Of a stretch of DNA of 64,000 bases, positions 9,078 to 18,726 are shown one piece after another. Both the position numbers and the translations under genes were made by a program. Location: the NCBI GenBank assembly GCA_043822105.1, contig JBDRCD010000010.1, forward strand, positions 86,685 through 150,684. Reading direction: 5' to 3'. Within the stretch, counting starts at the first letter, position 1; each line of letters opens with the position of its first letter. A model generated the notes under the pieces. That model saw only the letters and a list, made by a program, of their open reading frames with translations. It did not search any database and was not told the DNA's origin. The stretch comes from an archaeon. Lineage in GTDB: Archaea; Nanobdellota; Nanobdellia; Woesearchaeales; GCA-2686295.

Positions 9078-9995
9078 TTATTTATTGTACAACTCTGTGA
9101 CTTTCTTAATCATGCCTTCTCTATTAAGATCAGGATCATTCAGTACATCTATAGTTTGTTCTAGAGTTGGCTTAACAACAGTTGAATAATTAGTTTTTTG
9201 CGCGGTCGCGTCTCCGACGCTAGCGACTCCGTCGCCTACCCCAACAAAAACCCCAACGCTATCGATGTCGTCATCAAGACCATAAACACCATTGTCCCAA
9301 CAAAACAACGGACGCCCCACACACTTTTTGAATCCTACTTCATTAAATCTGTGAACATTATAAGCTGTTAACCTATTCTTTGTGTTCTTAAAAAAGTTAG
9401 ATAATTTTTCAGCATTCTTAATTGATCCTGCCCGCATGTGAACAATTGAATCATTCTCAAAATCATTAAGAGATAATTCCCCTGATTTATTATAATTAAA
9501 CTTTGAGTCATTAACTTGTGCTATGATGATATATGGCTGAGATAAATCAATATCCTTTTCTTGCAAAATATCATCGTATGTTAAAACTTGTACTGAATCT
9601 GTTTTCACTAATTCTCTCCAAGAATCCTTATCAATAGGTACAAAACTGTAATTTTTTGATTTTTGCAACCAATTGTTATCTACTCCCTTGGCAGTTGCAA
9701 GAGGGCCAAAGCCATGAGCCACAATATACTTGTGTCCTTTGAAAGTTCCTTGAAATTCTGCACTTGTAGTGTCAACCCAAGTTTTATCAAGAATTGCATT
9801 GAACTCGGGATCATCTTGCAATAAAATCGTTTGTGGTAAAGTTGCAACATTTCTAAGCTTATGTTTTTCTACTAATGCATCAGCTTCATTTCTGGCTGTC
9901 AAGTAATTTTGATAACTTTCATCAGAATTAATACTATTTGAAGTTGTAAAAGCAAACTTTGCTTTTGGACTTGTTTCATGAATAATTGTCGCCAT
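9078..9995 (-). CDS. DGR target (variable) protein, ~305 aa
   Basis: Contains VR in frame (GRPLFCWDNGVYGLDDDIDSVGVFVG); AAGGAGGA RBS upstream of ATG 9995. Confidence 0.9.
   Translation of the reverse strand: MATIIHETSPKAKFAFTTSNSINSDESYQNYLTARNEADALVEKHKLRNVATLPQTILLQDDPEFNAILDKTWVDTTSAEFQGTFKGHKYIVAHGFGPLATAKGVDNNWLQKSKNYSFVPIDKDSWRELVKTDSVQVLTYDDILQEKDIDLSQPYIIIAQVNDSKFNYNKSGELSLNDFENDSIVHMRAGSIKNAEKLSNFFKNTKNRLTAYNVHRFNEVGFKKCVGRPLFCWDNGVYGLDDDIDSVGVFVGVGDGVASVGDATAQKTNYSTVVKPTLEQTIDVLNDPDLNREGMIKKVTELYNK
9208..9235 (-). promoter_or_regulatory. Two tandem stem-loops downstream of VR (probable DGR homing/cruciform elements)
   Basis: Minus strand reads GCGAC-GGA-GTCGC-TA-GCGTC-GGA-GACGC; absent downstream of TR. 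Confidence 0.8.
9241..9323 (-). repeat. DGR variable repeat (VR)
   Basis: 68/83 identical to TR; differences almost all opposite TR adenines. Confidence 0.95.
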
Positions 9996-10161
9996 TTTTT
10001 GAATAAATCCTCCTTTTAAACATATAGTAATGGCTAAAAGTAAGAACAACTAATATATAAATGTTTCTATTTAGTTGTCACTTAAAAGTGATTAAACTTC
10101 TTATTTTTTTAAAAACATTGTTTCCAAAACCTTTTTTAATCACCTAATGTTCTTTCTCTAC

Positions 10162-10899
10162 ATGGATTTGGGGGTTTTTGAGGATAAATTCAGAGAATCT
10201 ATTGCAAAGAAAGAATTCATTACTTTTTTTTGCAAGTGTAGGATAATTTATAGTGGAAGAGCCGAAGCACAGCTTGAGAAAGGTGATAGACTTGTTTCTG
10301 TAAAACAGGATGGAACAATATTTGTTCATCAGCCTGAAGGTGGAAACCCAATAAACTATATGAAGGCGGGCGGTAAAATAGAACTTCTGAAAAAAGACTA
10401 TGGGGTTTTGTTTAAAGCCCACAATTCTGCAACCAGAGAATACCTTGAGTTGGAAATATCCAGAGTTTATGATTACATGTCTAAAAAGCTTGAAGATGGT
10501 GCAAAGCAGCTGATTGCAGGGACTGAAGCAGACATGTCTGACATGATAAAGGACAACCCTAAGTTAATAAGCGATGATTTCAAGCCTCTAAGCAGAGAAG
10601 AACATACAAAGTTTGGTTTCATAGATGTTTTTGGTCATGATAAAAAAGGCAATTTGATAATTGTAGAATGTAAGAGATACACCGCAGGACTTGACGCTGT
10701 ACAGCAGGTCAGAAGATACGTTGAGAAAATAAAGGAACTCAAAGGCACAGACAAGGTAACCGGAATAGTTGCTTCTCCAAGCATAAGTTCCAACGCTGAA
10801 GAAATGCTAAAGAAGTGGGGCTTTGAATGGAAAAGAGTCGAACCACCGATGAGGATGCTGAGGCATAATAAAAATCAGAAGTCACTCTTAGGTTTCTAG
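10162..10899 (+). CDS. nucS: Mismatch endonuclease NucS/EndoMS
   Basis: YSGRA, KQDG..VH, PINY, G.ID..G.D, IVECKR and AVQQVRRY; C-terminal PIP-like QKSLLGF. Confidence 0.92.
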   Translation: MDLGVFEDKFRESIAKKEFITFFCKCRIIYSGRAEAQLEKGDRLVSVKQDGTIFVHQPEGGNPINYMKAGGKIELLKKDYGVLFKAHNSATREYLELEISRVYDYMSKKLEDGAKQLIAGTEADMSDMIKDNPKLISDDFKPLSREEHTKFGFIDVFGHDKKGNLIIVECKRYTAGLDAVQQVRRYVEKIKELKGTDKVTGIVASPSISSNAEEMLKKWGFEWKRVEPPMRMLRHNKNQKSLLGF

Positions 10900-11649
10900 C
10901 TTTTTTTTTAAAAGCGAACTGTTTTCTCCCATGTCTTTTCTCCATTTTTTTGTGTTTCTTTCTGGGTGTTCATAGAAATCTTCATTTCCAGGAATTGGTT
11001 TGAAAATATTGATTTCTTGCCATTTGTATATATTTTCAAGAATAACTGGAATTGCTGCTTGAGTTATTTCTTCTCCAGTCATCCATTCTTTTTCTATTTC
11101 TTCTAAAGGTTTGTTTGGCCTTACCAAACGCTCTTTTGCTGTGTCAACTGAACTTATGAAAAAATATACTCCTTGCATATTAATGTTTGATTCAATTTTT
11201 CTTTTCAAATACTCTCTGTTCATTTCGTGCGCTTTGTCAAAAGAATACCATGCAGGCATTCTTCCTTTGCTAATTGATCCTAAGTTGCACACTTTCAGAG
11301 TTTCGTATTTGTTTCCAATCTGTGTTTCTAATGCTTCAACCATGTTTTTTGATGTTAAAAAAATTGACTCTAGCACGCTTGGCTCAACTGGCTCATTGGT
11401 CAGATCTTTCTTTCCTATTTTGTCTTCTTCCCATATAAATTTAGACACTAAATTTAGATAAATAAGACGCTTTGAGTTAACATTTAAATCATTTATATAT
11501 TCATTAATTTCATCTTTATTTCGTAAATCTAGTTCTTTGTGTCCTTGAATTGCCAAAACTTTTTGAGATAAGGTTTCTTCTAAACTTTCTTGAAAATATT
11601 GGCCCATTTGACTTCCCGCTCCTGAAATCAAAATTTCTGTTTCTTTCAT
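10888..11649 (-). CDS. Divergent SDR/Rossmann-fold protein
   Basis: ILISGAGSQMG and ELDLRN; Y-x3-K (YSFDK) motif. Confidence 0.55.
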   Translation of the reverse strand: MKETEILISGAGSQMGQYFQESLEETLSQKVLAIQGHKELDLRNKDEINEYINDLNVNSKRLIYLNLVSKFIWEEDKIGKKDLTNEPVEPSVLESIFLTSKNMVEALETQIGNKYETLKVCNLGSISKGRMPAWYSFDKAHEMNREYLKRKIESNINMQGVYFFISSVDTAKERLVRPNKPLEEIEKEWMTGEEITQAAIPVILENIYKWQEINIFKPIPGNEDFYEHPERNTKKWRKDMGENSSLLKKKLET

Positions 11650-11769
11650 TTTTCTTTTACCTCTTTTCAGTTTTACTACTTTATAGTGGGCCAAAACAAT
11701 CTTATCTATTGTTGGTTCAATAAAAATTAAACCAAAAAGTTTAAAAAGATAGTTAAACTACTTAGTTTA

Positions 11770-12624
11770 ATGGCTTTGAATTTAACACTGCCTTTTGGCA
11801 AAGAAGATAATGTGAAAAATTTGGTATTTACAATTCTCACTAAAGAATATCCTCTCAAAATAATAGAACTTACAAACTTTATTAGAAAGAGATATGGGAA
11901 GGGTGTTACATTTCAAGCTGTAAGAAAAGCAATTCTAGAACTTGTCGAAGAGGGGGTTTTGCTTAAAGAAGGAAAAGAATTTCTAATAAATAAAAAATGG
12001 GTGATTCAAAGCAAGAAAGAATTAGATAATCTTTATGAAACATTGAATAAAGAAAAACAAACACAAAGCGTTGACTCTATTTCAGGGGATGTTTCTGTAT
12101 TCACTTTTTCAAATATAACTAAACTAATGGCTTTTTGGCAGGAAATCATTGATGTCTGGTTTAAAGATTTCAAAAAAGGAGATCCAAACGTAAATTGTTA
12201 TCAAGCATTTCATATTTGGGAAGTTATTTCTCACCCTGAAAAAGAAATGCAAGTTATGGTTAAACTAAAAAAGAAAGGAATAAAATCTTATGCAATCACT
12301 ACAGGTACAACTATGCTTGATAAAAGTGTTTTTAAATCCTATAAAAAAATTGGTATAAATGTAGGTGTAAGTTCTTCAAGTTCAACTTTTGATAAGAGTT
12401 ATTGTGTTGGAACTTATGGGGATATGATTATTCAAACAATGTATCCAAAGAAATTTGTCAAGAAGATTGATGATTTCTTTAAGAAAAACAAATCTCTTGA
12501 ATATTTAGATGTGACTGAACTAATTAATATTGTTAATGAACCTGTTGAAGTAAAATTAACAGTCATAAAAAACCTTGAAATGGCAAAACAGATTAACAAA
12601 TCCATTATTTCTCAGATAGAGTAA
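11770..12624 (+). CDS. Winged-helix transcriptional regulator-like protein
   Basis: VTFQAVRKAILELVEEGVL wHTH at the N-terminus; divergent from the SDR-like gene. Confidence 0.65.
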   Translation: MALNLTLPFGKEDNVKNLVFTILTKEYPLKIIELTNFIRKRYGKGVTFQAVRKAILELVEEGVLLKEGKEFLINKKWVIQSKKELDNLYETLNKEKQTQSVDSISGDVSVFTFSNITKLMAFWQEIIDVWFKDFKKGDPNVNCYQAFHIWEVISHPEKEMQVMVKLKKKGIKSYAITTGTTMLDKSVFKSYKKIGINVGVSSSSSTFDKSYCVGTYGDMIIQTMYPKKFVKKIDDFFKKNKSLEYLDVTELINIVNEPVEVKLTVIKNLEMAKQINKSIISQIE

Positions 12625-13158
12625 TTAATTACAATTATAGCATGGATCAAGACCCATGTCTTCTGCCTGTTTGATTGAGTTGTAAACAATAAGACTTTTT
12701 TTCTTTGCTTTCTTCACATACCCGCAGGTTTGTTTATGGTATTTTGTGCTGCCTTTCACAGAAACTATTGGTTCTTCTGGTCTGTCAACTTCTTCTACTT
12801 CAATATCTGTTATTTCAAGTCCTCTGAATTCTTGTTTTGGTGCGCCTGTGAATATTGTTATGAAGAATCCTATTATTAATGCAACGACCATTTCAACTGA
12901 AAGCGTTGCGGTCACGGTGCTGAAACCTTCGATTAGTTGTGCCACAAGAAATAGCAGTATTATTGAAAAGATTGTGAATGCATACCACTCTTCAGTTTTC
13001 CATTTTCTTTGGTTGAGAATAATTGTGAGTATCAGTGCTTCTGTAATTAAAGTGACTACAATAACCAGCCCTTTTAGCCATCCGGTTACCTGCAAGAGAA
13101 CAATAACTAGTATTATCTGCGATAGATATGCTATTAGAATTGGTCCTTTATTATGCAT
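12625..13158 (-). CDS. Membrane protein with C-terminal Ada-like metal-binding motif
   Basis: About 4 TM helices, then KYHKQTC...GLDPCYNC. Confidence 0.6.
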   Translation of the reverse strand: MHNKGPILIAYLSQIILVIVLLQVTGWLKGLVIVVTLITEALILTIILNQRKWKTEEWYAFTIFSIILLFLVAQLIEGFSTVTATLSVEMVVALIIGFFITIFTGAPKQEFRGLEITDIEVEEVDRPEEPIVSVKGSTKYHKQTCGYVKKAKKKSLIVYNSIKQAEDMGLDPCYNCN

Positions 13159-13405
13159 TATGTTCCCCTTAACGTTTCAAGAATTCAAAAGAATATAAAA
13201 AGTTTTTTATTTTTTCTATTTTAGAGTGGTTAAGTTTTTTTTTGATGCGAAGCATCTCGACCGAAGGAAGATATACAATGTCAGCTCAAAAATCAAAAGG
13301 TTTTTGGCTCCCAAAGAGCTATGCTCTTTGTGGAACGAATGAGCGTCGTTGTCTCCGAAACATTTATATACTTTTCACGCATAAACATAGCAGGAGGGTG
13401 TGTAT

Positions 13406-14008
13406 ATGGCAAAGCATAATCATGATGTTCATTATTTATTTATAACTATGATTCTAGGTTTTTTTGTATTTGCCATGACAATGACACATTTTGAACCCTC
13501 TGTTACAGCCAATGTTGTTCAAACAGATTCTGATTATTCTATAATTGACTTTTTTAAAGCGGCCTCCAGATCAAACGAATTCGTCGTTGATCCAAGTCCA
13601 ATTCTTAAACCAATAGAGTTTAACATTGTTGGTAATCCCTGGAAAGAGGCTCTTATCCCTCCAACGATTAATATTGGCGGGGCAGCAACTGCAAATCCTG
13701 TACTGTTAGGCAATCTGAATTGTGAATGGATTAACCTTGACAATGGTCTCTATGATAAATTAAAGACTCTTACAGGTTATTCGGCCTGCGAAGTTTCAGG
13801 TTATTCCTCCTGTCTTATGACCAATACTCTAAAGACAGTTAACTATTACAAATCAGTTGACGGCACCTGTTCAAACCTACAGTTTAAAGACGAATCAAAC
13901 CATTTCAATAACTGTGATGAAATTGTAAGAAATGCTGCAACTCTTTGTGAAACAGATTCAACCGACAACATAGAAACCCAATTTACAACTGTTTTCTGCT
14001 GTAACTAG
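13406..14008 (+). CDS. Hypothetical membrane-anchored, Cys-containing exported protein
   Basis: N-terminal TM followed by a SVTANVV motif; ends FCCN; GGAGG RBS upstream. Confidence 0.6.
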   Translation: MAKHNHDVHYLFITMILGFFVFAMTMTHFEPSVTANVVQTDSDYSIIDFFKAASRSNEFVVDPSPILKPIEFNIVGNPWKEALIPPTINIGGAATANPVLLGNLNCEWINLDNGLYDKLKTLTGYSACEVSGYSSCLMTNTLKTVNYYKSVDGTCSNLQFKDESNHFNNCDEIVRNAATLCETDSTDNIETQFTTVFCCN

Positions 14009-14017
14009 AACTTGTAA

Positions 14018-14644
14018 CTAAAGTCTTCCTTTAGAAATATATTCATTGACATCTTCTTTTGACAGATGTGTTGTTGTTCCAAATGCTCTTTTGTAGTTTC
14101 TCTTTTGACTTCTAAGATATACACCGTAAAGAAATCCTACTGCCATTCCGACAAGGTGTGCAATGTTTGCAGTTCCTGTAGGGTGGAACACTCCGAATAG
14201 GTCCAGCAAAACCCATATTACTCCTGCAACCCAAAAAGGCATTGGTATTGCGTAGAAGAATAGAACTCTAAGCTTTGGCATTAGAACTATTAATGCTGCC
14301 AAAATTCCCATGACTGCTCCACTTGCACCTAGAGATGCATTATATACTTGGCTGGATATTGCACCCGCGATTATTCCTGCTGAAAAATATAAAATAAGAA
14401 ATCTTTTTGTTCCAATTCTTTGTTCAAGTATACCTCCAAACATCAGAAGTGCGTACATGTTAAACAGTATGTGCATAAAACTTCCATGCAGGAACATGTG
14501 TGTAACTAGTATCCAGGGCCTTGCAATAATATCACTTTTAAGTAAAAATGCGCCTGTTAAAGGTTCATACATCAGTTGCAGAATGAATACAACTATGTTT
14601 ATTCCTGTCAGCCACATCACAGCGCTTCTCGTATTTCCATTCAT
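14018..14644 (-). CDS. Rhomboid intramembrane serine protease
   Basis: HMFLHG..HILFNM, GASGA and AHLVG motifs. Confidence 0.95.
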   Translation of the reverse strand: MNGNTRSAVMWLTGINIVVFILQLMYEPLTGAFLLKSDIIARPWILVTHMFLHGSFMHILFNMYALLMFGGILEQRIGTKRFLILYFSAGIIAGAISSQVYNASLGASGAVMGILAALIVLMPKLRVLFFYAIPMPFWVAGVIWVLLDLFGVFHPTGTANIAHLVGMAVGFLYGVYLRSQKRNYKRAFGTTTHLSKEDVNEYISKGRL

Positions 14645-14812
14645 GCTACTGCTGTTCTAATCTGTTTTTTAAATATTTTGATTAATTTTATCGGAATATT
14701 TATATATTAGTTAAAATAATAATTAGTATTGTTATTAAGTAAAAGAAAGCGTTTTTAAGCTTCTTTTAGTAAAAATAAGTGTTTTTAATTGTTATAAAAG
14801 AGGAGAATCAAA

Positions 14813-14992
14813 ATAATACCTGACAAAAATAAATTCATAGATTTCTTGAAAAAGAATCCAAATCAGACCTATACATCAATCTCTAAACATTTTGGAATAG
14901 AAATGGGAACTGTCCGTGATTTGATTAAGATGTATAACAATCTGCTTGTAATTACAAAAATAGGTACAGCTTTAATGGTGAATCTAAAGTGA
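14813..14992 (+). CDS. Small HTH-like protein with apparent non-canonical (ATA) start
   Basis: GAGGAG RBS then an open frame IIPDKNKFIDFLKKNPNQTYTSISKHFGIEMGTVRDLIK...; TGA overlaps the next gene's GTG. Confidence 0.45.
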   Translation: MIPDKNKFIDFLKKNPNQTYTSISKHFGIEMGTVRDLIKMYNNLLVITKIGTALMVNLK

Positions 14993-15300
14993 ATGAAAAC
15001 ATATTAGGGGGAAAAAAGGAATTCATATCCAGACTTATTCATATTTATCTATCACAGGGTTTTGGCGAGGAAAACACTAAAAGTCAGATGATAGTTGATG
15101 GATTTAAGGAGCAGGACATAGATGCAGTAATGACAGAGATAGTGAGAGACAGAAAAGTTCAAGAGATTTGTGACTACATGGATTACTATGAAAACAAAGG
15201 TCACGAAGTTGAACACTTGAGTGATTGGATATTAGATAATGGAGTAGATGGTGACTTGGTTGAAGAAGCATTGGTAAAGAGACAGAAGAAATTTTTATGA
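14989..15300 (+). CDS. Hypothetical protein with two repeats of a 'Y...G.....I...L...G' helical unit
   Basis: ORF track; internal duplication visible in the translation. Confidence 0.6.
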   Translation: MNENILGGKKEFISRLIHIYLSQGFGEENTKSQMIVDGFKEQDIDAVMTEIVRDRKVQEICDYMDYYENKGHEVEHLSDWILDNGVDGDLVEEALVKRQKKFL

Positions 15301-15366
15301 TTACAATGATTAATAGTGGTGGTCGGCTACTCCGACTTTCCATCAAAAGTTTAGGAGGTATGAAAA

Positions 15367-15567
15367 ATGTGTTTGTTTAAATGGGTTGAAAAAGGAGTAA
15401 AAAAAATGCACTGGTATGACATATCATTTGTCAAATTATCCACTGCGGCATTCATTTTGATGATTGCAAAGCTGTGGAATGGTATACTTTACCTGGAATG
15501 GTACTGGTATCTGGTAATTGGTGTACTGGCTGCAATTGAACCAATGTGCAAACTGCTTAAAAAATAA
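15367..15567 (+). CDS. Small membrane protein
   Basis: GGAGGT RBS; two hydrophobic segments. Confidence 0.65.
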   Translation: MCLFKWVEKGVKKMHWYDISFVKLSTAAFILMIAKLWNGILYLEWYWYLVIGVLAAIEPMCKLLKK

Positions 15568-15674
15568 TTTTTTATTCTTTTTTTCTTTTAGAAAAATCGT
15601 TCAAAAATCTTTGATTTTTGTTATATATTTTCATTTACAATAATGTTTATATAGTATAATCTATCTCTTTATCT

Positions 15675-17267
15675 ATGCCGAGAACAAAATGGATTGTTTT
15701 TACTGGGGGCGTTCTATCCGGTCTAGGAAAAGGAATCGCAGCTGCAAGCATCGGAGGGTTGTTTTCTTCAAGAAAAAAAGTTGTTCCCATAAAATGTGAT
15801 GGTTATCTGAATGTTGATCCTGGAACCATGAATCCGATTGAGCATGGGGAAGTATTTGTTCTGGAAGACGGTGCAGAAGTTGACATGGACTTTGGTCACT
15901 ACGAAAGATTCATCGGTGTCAGCTGCAAGTCCGAGTGGAATCTTACAATGGGAAAAATCTTTGACGCTGTTCGAATAAAAGAGCGAAGAGGAGACTATCT
16001 GGGAAAAACCGTTCAGCTTATTCCACATGTAACTGATTTGATAAAGGAAAAATGGCTTAGTATTGCAAAAAAAGAAAAAGCTGATATTGTTCTGATTGAA
16101 CTCGGTGGAACAATCGGAGACATTGAAAACGAGCTTTTTTTGGAATCCGTAAGACAACTGAAAAAAGAAGTCGGTGAAAAAAATATTATGTATGTTCACC
16201 TGACCTATGTTCCGATACCTTATGGTGTCAATGAGCAGAAAAGCAAGCCAACTCAACAGAGTGTTAATCTATTGAGACAGAAAGGTATCTCTCCGGATTT
16301 AATAATTGGAAGATGTTCTGAATTGTTGGATGATAAGATTAAAGAAAAGATAGCTGTGTTTTGCGACGTAAAAAAAGAAGCTGTAATATCAGGTATTGAT
16401 GTTAAGAATGTCTACAAGATTCCGCTAACTTTTGAAGCAGAAGGAATATCAAAGATAATTGGCAAAAAACTTGGTCTTTGGTCAAATGGAAGTCTCAGAA
16501 AATGGAAAAAACTCGTCAGAAACATGGATGAGGCAGAGCAGGAAGTAAAAATTGCGATTTGCGGAAAATACACTCAGTTAGAAGACTCATATGCTAGCAT
16601 TGTAGAATCACTTTATCATGCATCTGCTCACCTGAAATGCAAAATGAAAATAACATTCATAGAAACTTCTGAAGAAAATAACCCTGAAAAAACATTGAAA
16701 GGATTTGATGGAGTAATAGTTCCAGGTGGATTTGGAAGCAGAGGAACAGAAGGAAAAATAAATGTCATAAAATATTGTAGAGAAAGTGGCCTGCCATTTC
16801 TAGGAATATGCTATGGAATGCAGCTGGCAGTTGCAGAGTTTGCAAGGAATGTCTGCTCACTGAAAGGTGCCAACAGCACAGAAATAAATCCCAATACAAA
16901 GCATCCTGTTATTGCAATAATGGACGAGCAAAAAGATATAACCGACAAAGGCGGAACAATGAGACTTGGGGCCTATCCTGCAATTCTCAAAAAGAATTCT
17001 AAGATATATAATCTGTATGGAAAAGAAAACGTTTCCGAAAGACACAGACACAGGTATGAAGTTAATCCTGTGTATCATAATGTAATTGAGAAGAACGGGA
17101 TGCTGTTCACAGGAATGTCGCCTGACGGAAAACTGGCAGAGTTCATGGAATTCAAGTATCATCCATATTTTGTAGGCTGTCAAGGGCATCCAGAACTTAA
17201 ATCTTCGCTTCTAAAACCAGCGCCGCTGTTCTATGGGCTTGTTAAGGCTGCGATGAAGAAGAAATAA
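15675..17267 (+). CDS. pyrG: CTP synthase
   Basis: GGVLSGLGKG, DPGTMNP, GICYGMQ, ERHRHRYE and QGHPE. Confidence 0.98.
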   Translation: MPRTKWIVFTGGVLSGLGKGIAAASIGGLFSSRKKVVPIKCDGYLNVDPGTMNPIEHGEVFVLEDGAEVDMDFGHYERFIGVSCKSEWNLTMGKIFDAVRIKERRGDYLGKTVQLIPHVTDLIKEKWLSIAKKEKADIVLIELGGTIGDIENELFLESVRQLKKEVGEKNIMYVHLTYVPIPYGVNEQKSKPTQQSVNLLRQKGISPDLIIGRCSELLDDKIKEKIAVFCDVKKEAVISGIDVKNVYKIPLTFEAEGISKIIGKKLGLWSNGSLRKWKKLVRNMDEAEQEVKIAICGKYTQLEDSYASIVESLYHASAHLKCKMKITFIETSEENNPEKTLKGFDGVIVPGGFGSRGTEGKINVIKYCRESGLPFLGICYGMQLAVAEFARNVCSLKGANSTEINPNTKHPVIAIMDEQKDITDKGGTMRLGAYPAILKKNSKIYNLYGKENVSERHRHRYEVNPVYHNVIEKNGMLFTGMSPDGKLAEFMEFKYHPYFVGCQGHPELKSSLLKPAPLFYGLVKAAMKKK

Positions 17268-17268
17268 A

Positions 17269-18009
17269 TTATTTAGGCTTTTCTGCAACTACAACTGCTT
17301 CTAAGTCATATTCAAAAACTGTTTTGACATTAATGAAACCTATATCTCTTAATTGCTGCATTCCTTCTTCTCGATACATTATTACATTTGGCTGTGCATC
17401 ATCGTGTTGGTGCTGTATCCACAACTCACAAGCTTCAGGATAGCCAATATCTTTAAGTCTTTCCATGTAACGCAGTTCTCTTGCAAAAGCAGGGTCAAAG
17501 TCTTTTTTCAAGTCAGGAGAATATTTATCTCCATTGACAAATAAACCGCCTGATTTTAAATTTTTAAAAATTTCTGGCAGTAGTTCATCTCTATAAGTTC
17601 TCTCAAAATTGTGAAGTGTCATTCCTGAAGCAATAACATCATTAACATAAGGAGGGACAGGCTCGTTTTTTTCTTTAAGATATTCTAAGACATCTGCTTC
17701 TGTAAACATTAAACGTCTTCTTTCCACATGTGCTTTTAACTTATTCTTTGCAACGGCTATCATTTCAGGTTCATTATCTATATCATGAATACATGCTTCT
17801 GGAAGAAACTTATATATTGATTCGGCTGTTTGACCAGTTCCGCTTCCAATATTTAATATTACAGGCGCTCGAGTATTTCTGTAATTTATCAATAAATGAT
17901 TTCTTATAGCCCAACCAATATTGTCTTGTAACGCTTTATAATGGGGCATTACTTGAGTATGGTTGTCAAAATCTTTTGCATGTGTTCCTATGAATCTTTG
18001 CTCTGTCAT
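17269..18009 (-). CDS. Class I SAM-dependent methyltransferase (CmoA-like)
   Basis: LNIGSGTG, IDNEPEM and LKSGGLF. Confidence 0.85.
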   Translation of the reverse strand: MTEQRFIGTHAKDFDNHTQVMPHYKALQDNIGWAIRNHLLINYRNTRAPVILNIGSGTGQTAESIYKFLPEACIHDIDNEPEMIAVAKNKLKAHVERRRLMFTEADVLEYLKEKNEPVPPYVNDVIASGMTLHNFERTYRDELLPEIFKNLKSGGLFVNGDKYSPDLKKDFDPAFARELRYMERLKDIGYPEACELWIQHQHDDAQPNVIMYREEGMQQLRDIGFINVKTVFEYDLEAVVVAEKPK

Positions 18010-18015
18010 CTTTTC

Positions 18016-18657
18016 TCACCTTGTATACTGCACTCCTGCAACTACTCTTGTTTTTTCTAAATCTAGATTTGTGTTCTCAATTCTTCCAACTAGGCTAAGA
18101 TCTCCAACCTTTGTTTTGAGTTTGTTTGTTGAAAATTCTAGTTCTGCAAAACTGTTTCCACCTGGTCTGTAAATTATGAATGTGCTAACATTTCCTTTTC
18201 CTAGAAACAGTGCTGCTTCGCCTTTTCCAACCCAATCTTCTTGCGGGTTAGTCCATGCGACTGCATCTAAGAAACCGTATGCTCCTTGTGGTAAGTATTT
18301 GTCAAGTGTTACTCTTGCGCCTACTCCATGTGCAACAGGTTTAGCTTTTTTTATGTTCTCTCCACCCATTCTAAGAACATAGAGTGGACCTACTGAAGAT
18401 TTTTCATGATTCAAAGCTACTGTTTCCCAACCGAGAGTGTATCCTGGCTCTGTCTGGTTCATTATCTTTGGATTTATTGAGAAATATTTAGATAGATTTA
18501 TCTTTGCTTCATTATACATTCTAACTAAATGTTTTCCTGAAGTCTGCACTGTTCCTTGTACTTTGTTAAAACTTGATTCTATAGTTTTGTTCTGTGCTTT
18601 TGCACTTCCAATTCCAATCAATCCGCTTAATATTATTTCTTTTAACATCTTTATCAA
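18016..18657 (-). CDS. Hypothetical exported beta-strand-rich protein
   Basis: Signal peptide ending AKA-Q; alternating beta-strand pattern; ends VVAGVQYTR. Confidence 0.6.
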   Translation of the reverse strand: MIKMLKEIILSGLIGIGSAKAQNKTIESSFNKVQGTVQTSGKHLVRMYNEAKINLSKYFSINPKIMNQTEPGYTLGWETVALNHEKSSVGPLYVLRMGGENIKKAKPVAHGVGARVTLDKYLPQGAYGFLDAVAWTNPQEDWVGKGEAALFLGKGNVSTFIIYRPGGNSFAELEFSTNKLKTKVGDLSLVGRIENTNLDLEKTRVVAGVQYTR

Positions 18658-18726
18658 CCTCTTTTATTGATACTACTATGAAGTGAATCGACATATTTAA
18701 ATATCTCCCTACCATTACTAGTAGGT

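Larger units (their letters stand above)
7039..9995 (-). mobile_element. Diversity-generating retroelement (target gene with VR, TR, RT)
   Basis: RT next to an 83-nt TR/VR pair in which 13 of 15 mismatches are at TR adenines; GGA-loop hairpins downstream of VR. Confidence 0.95.
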
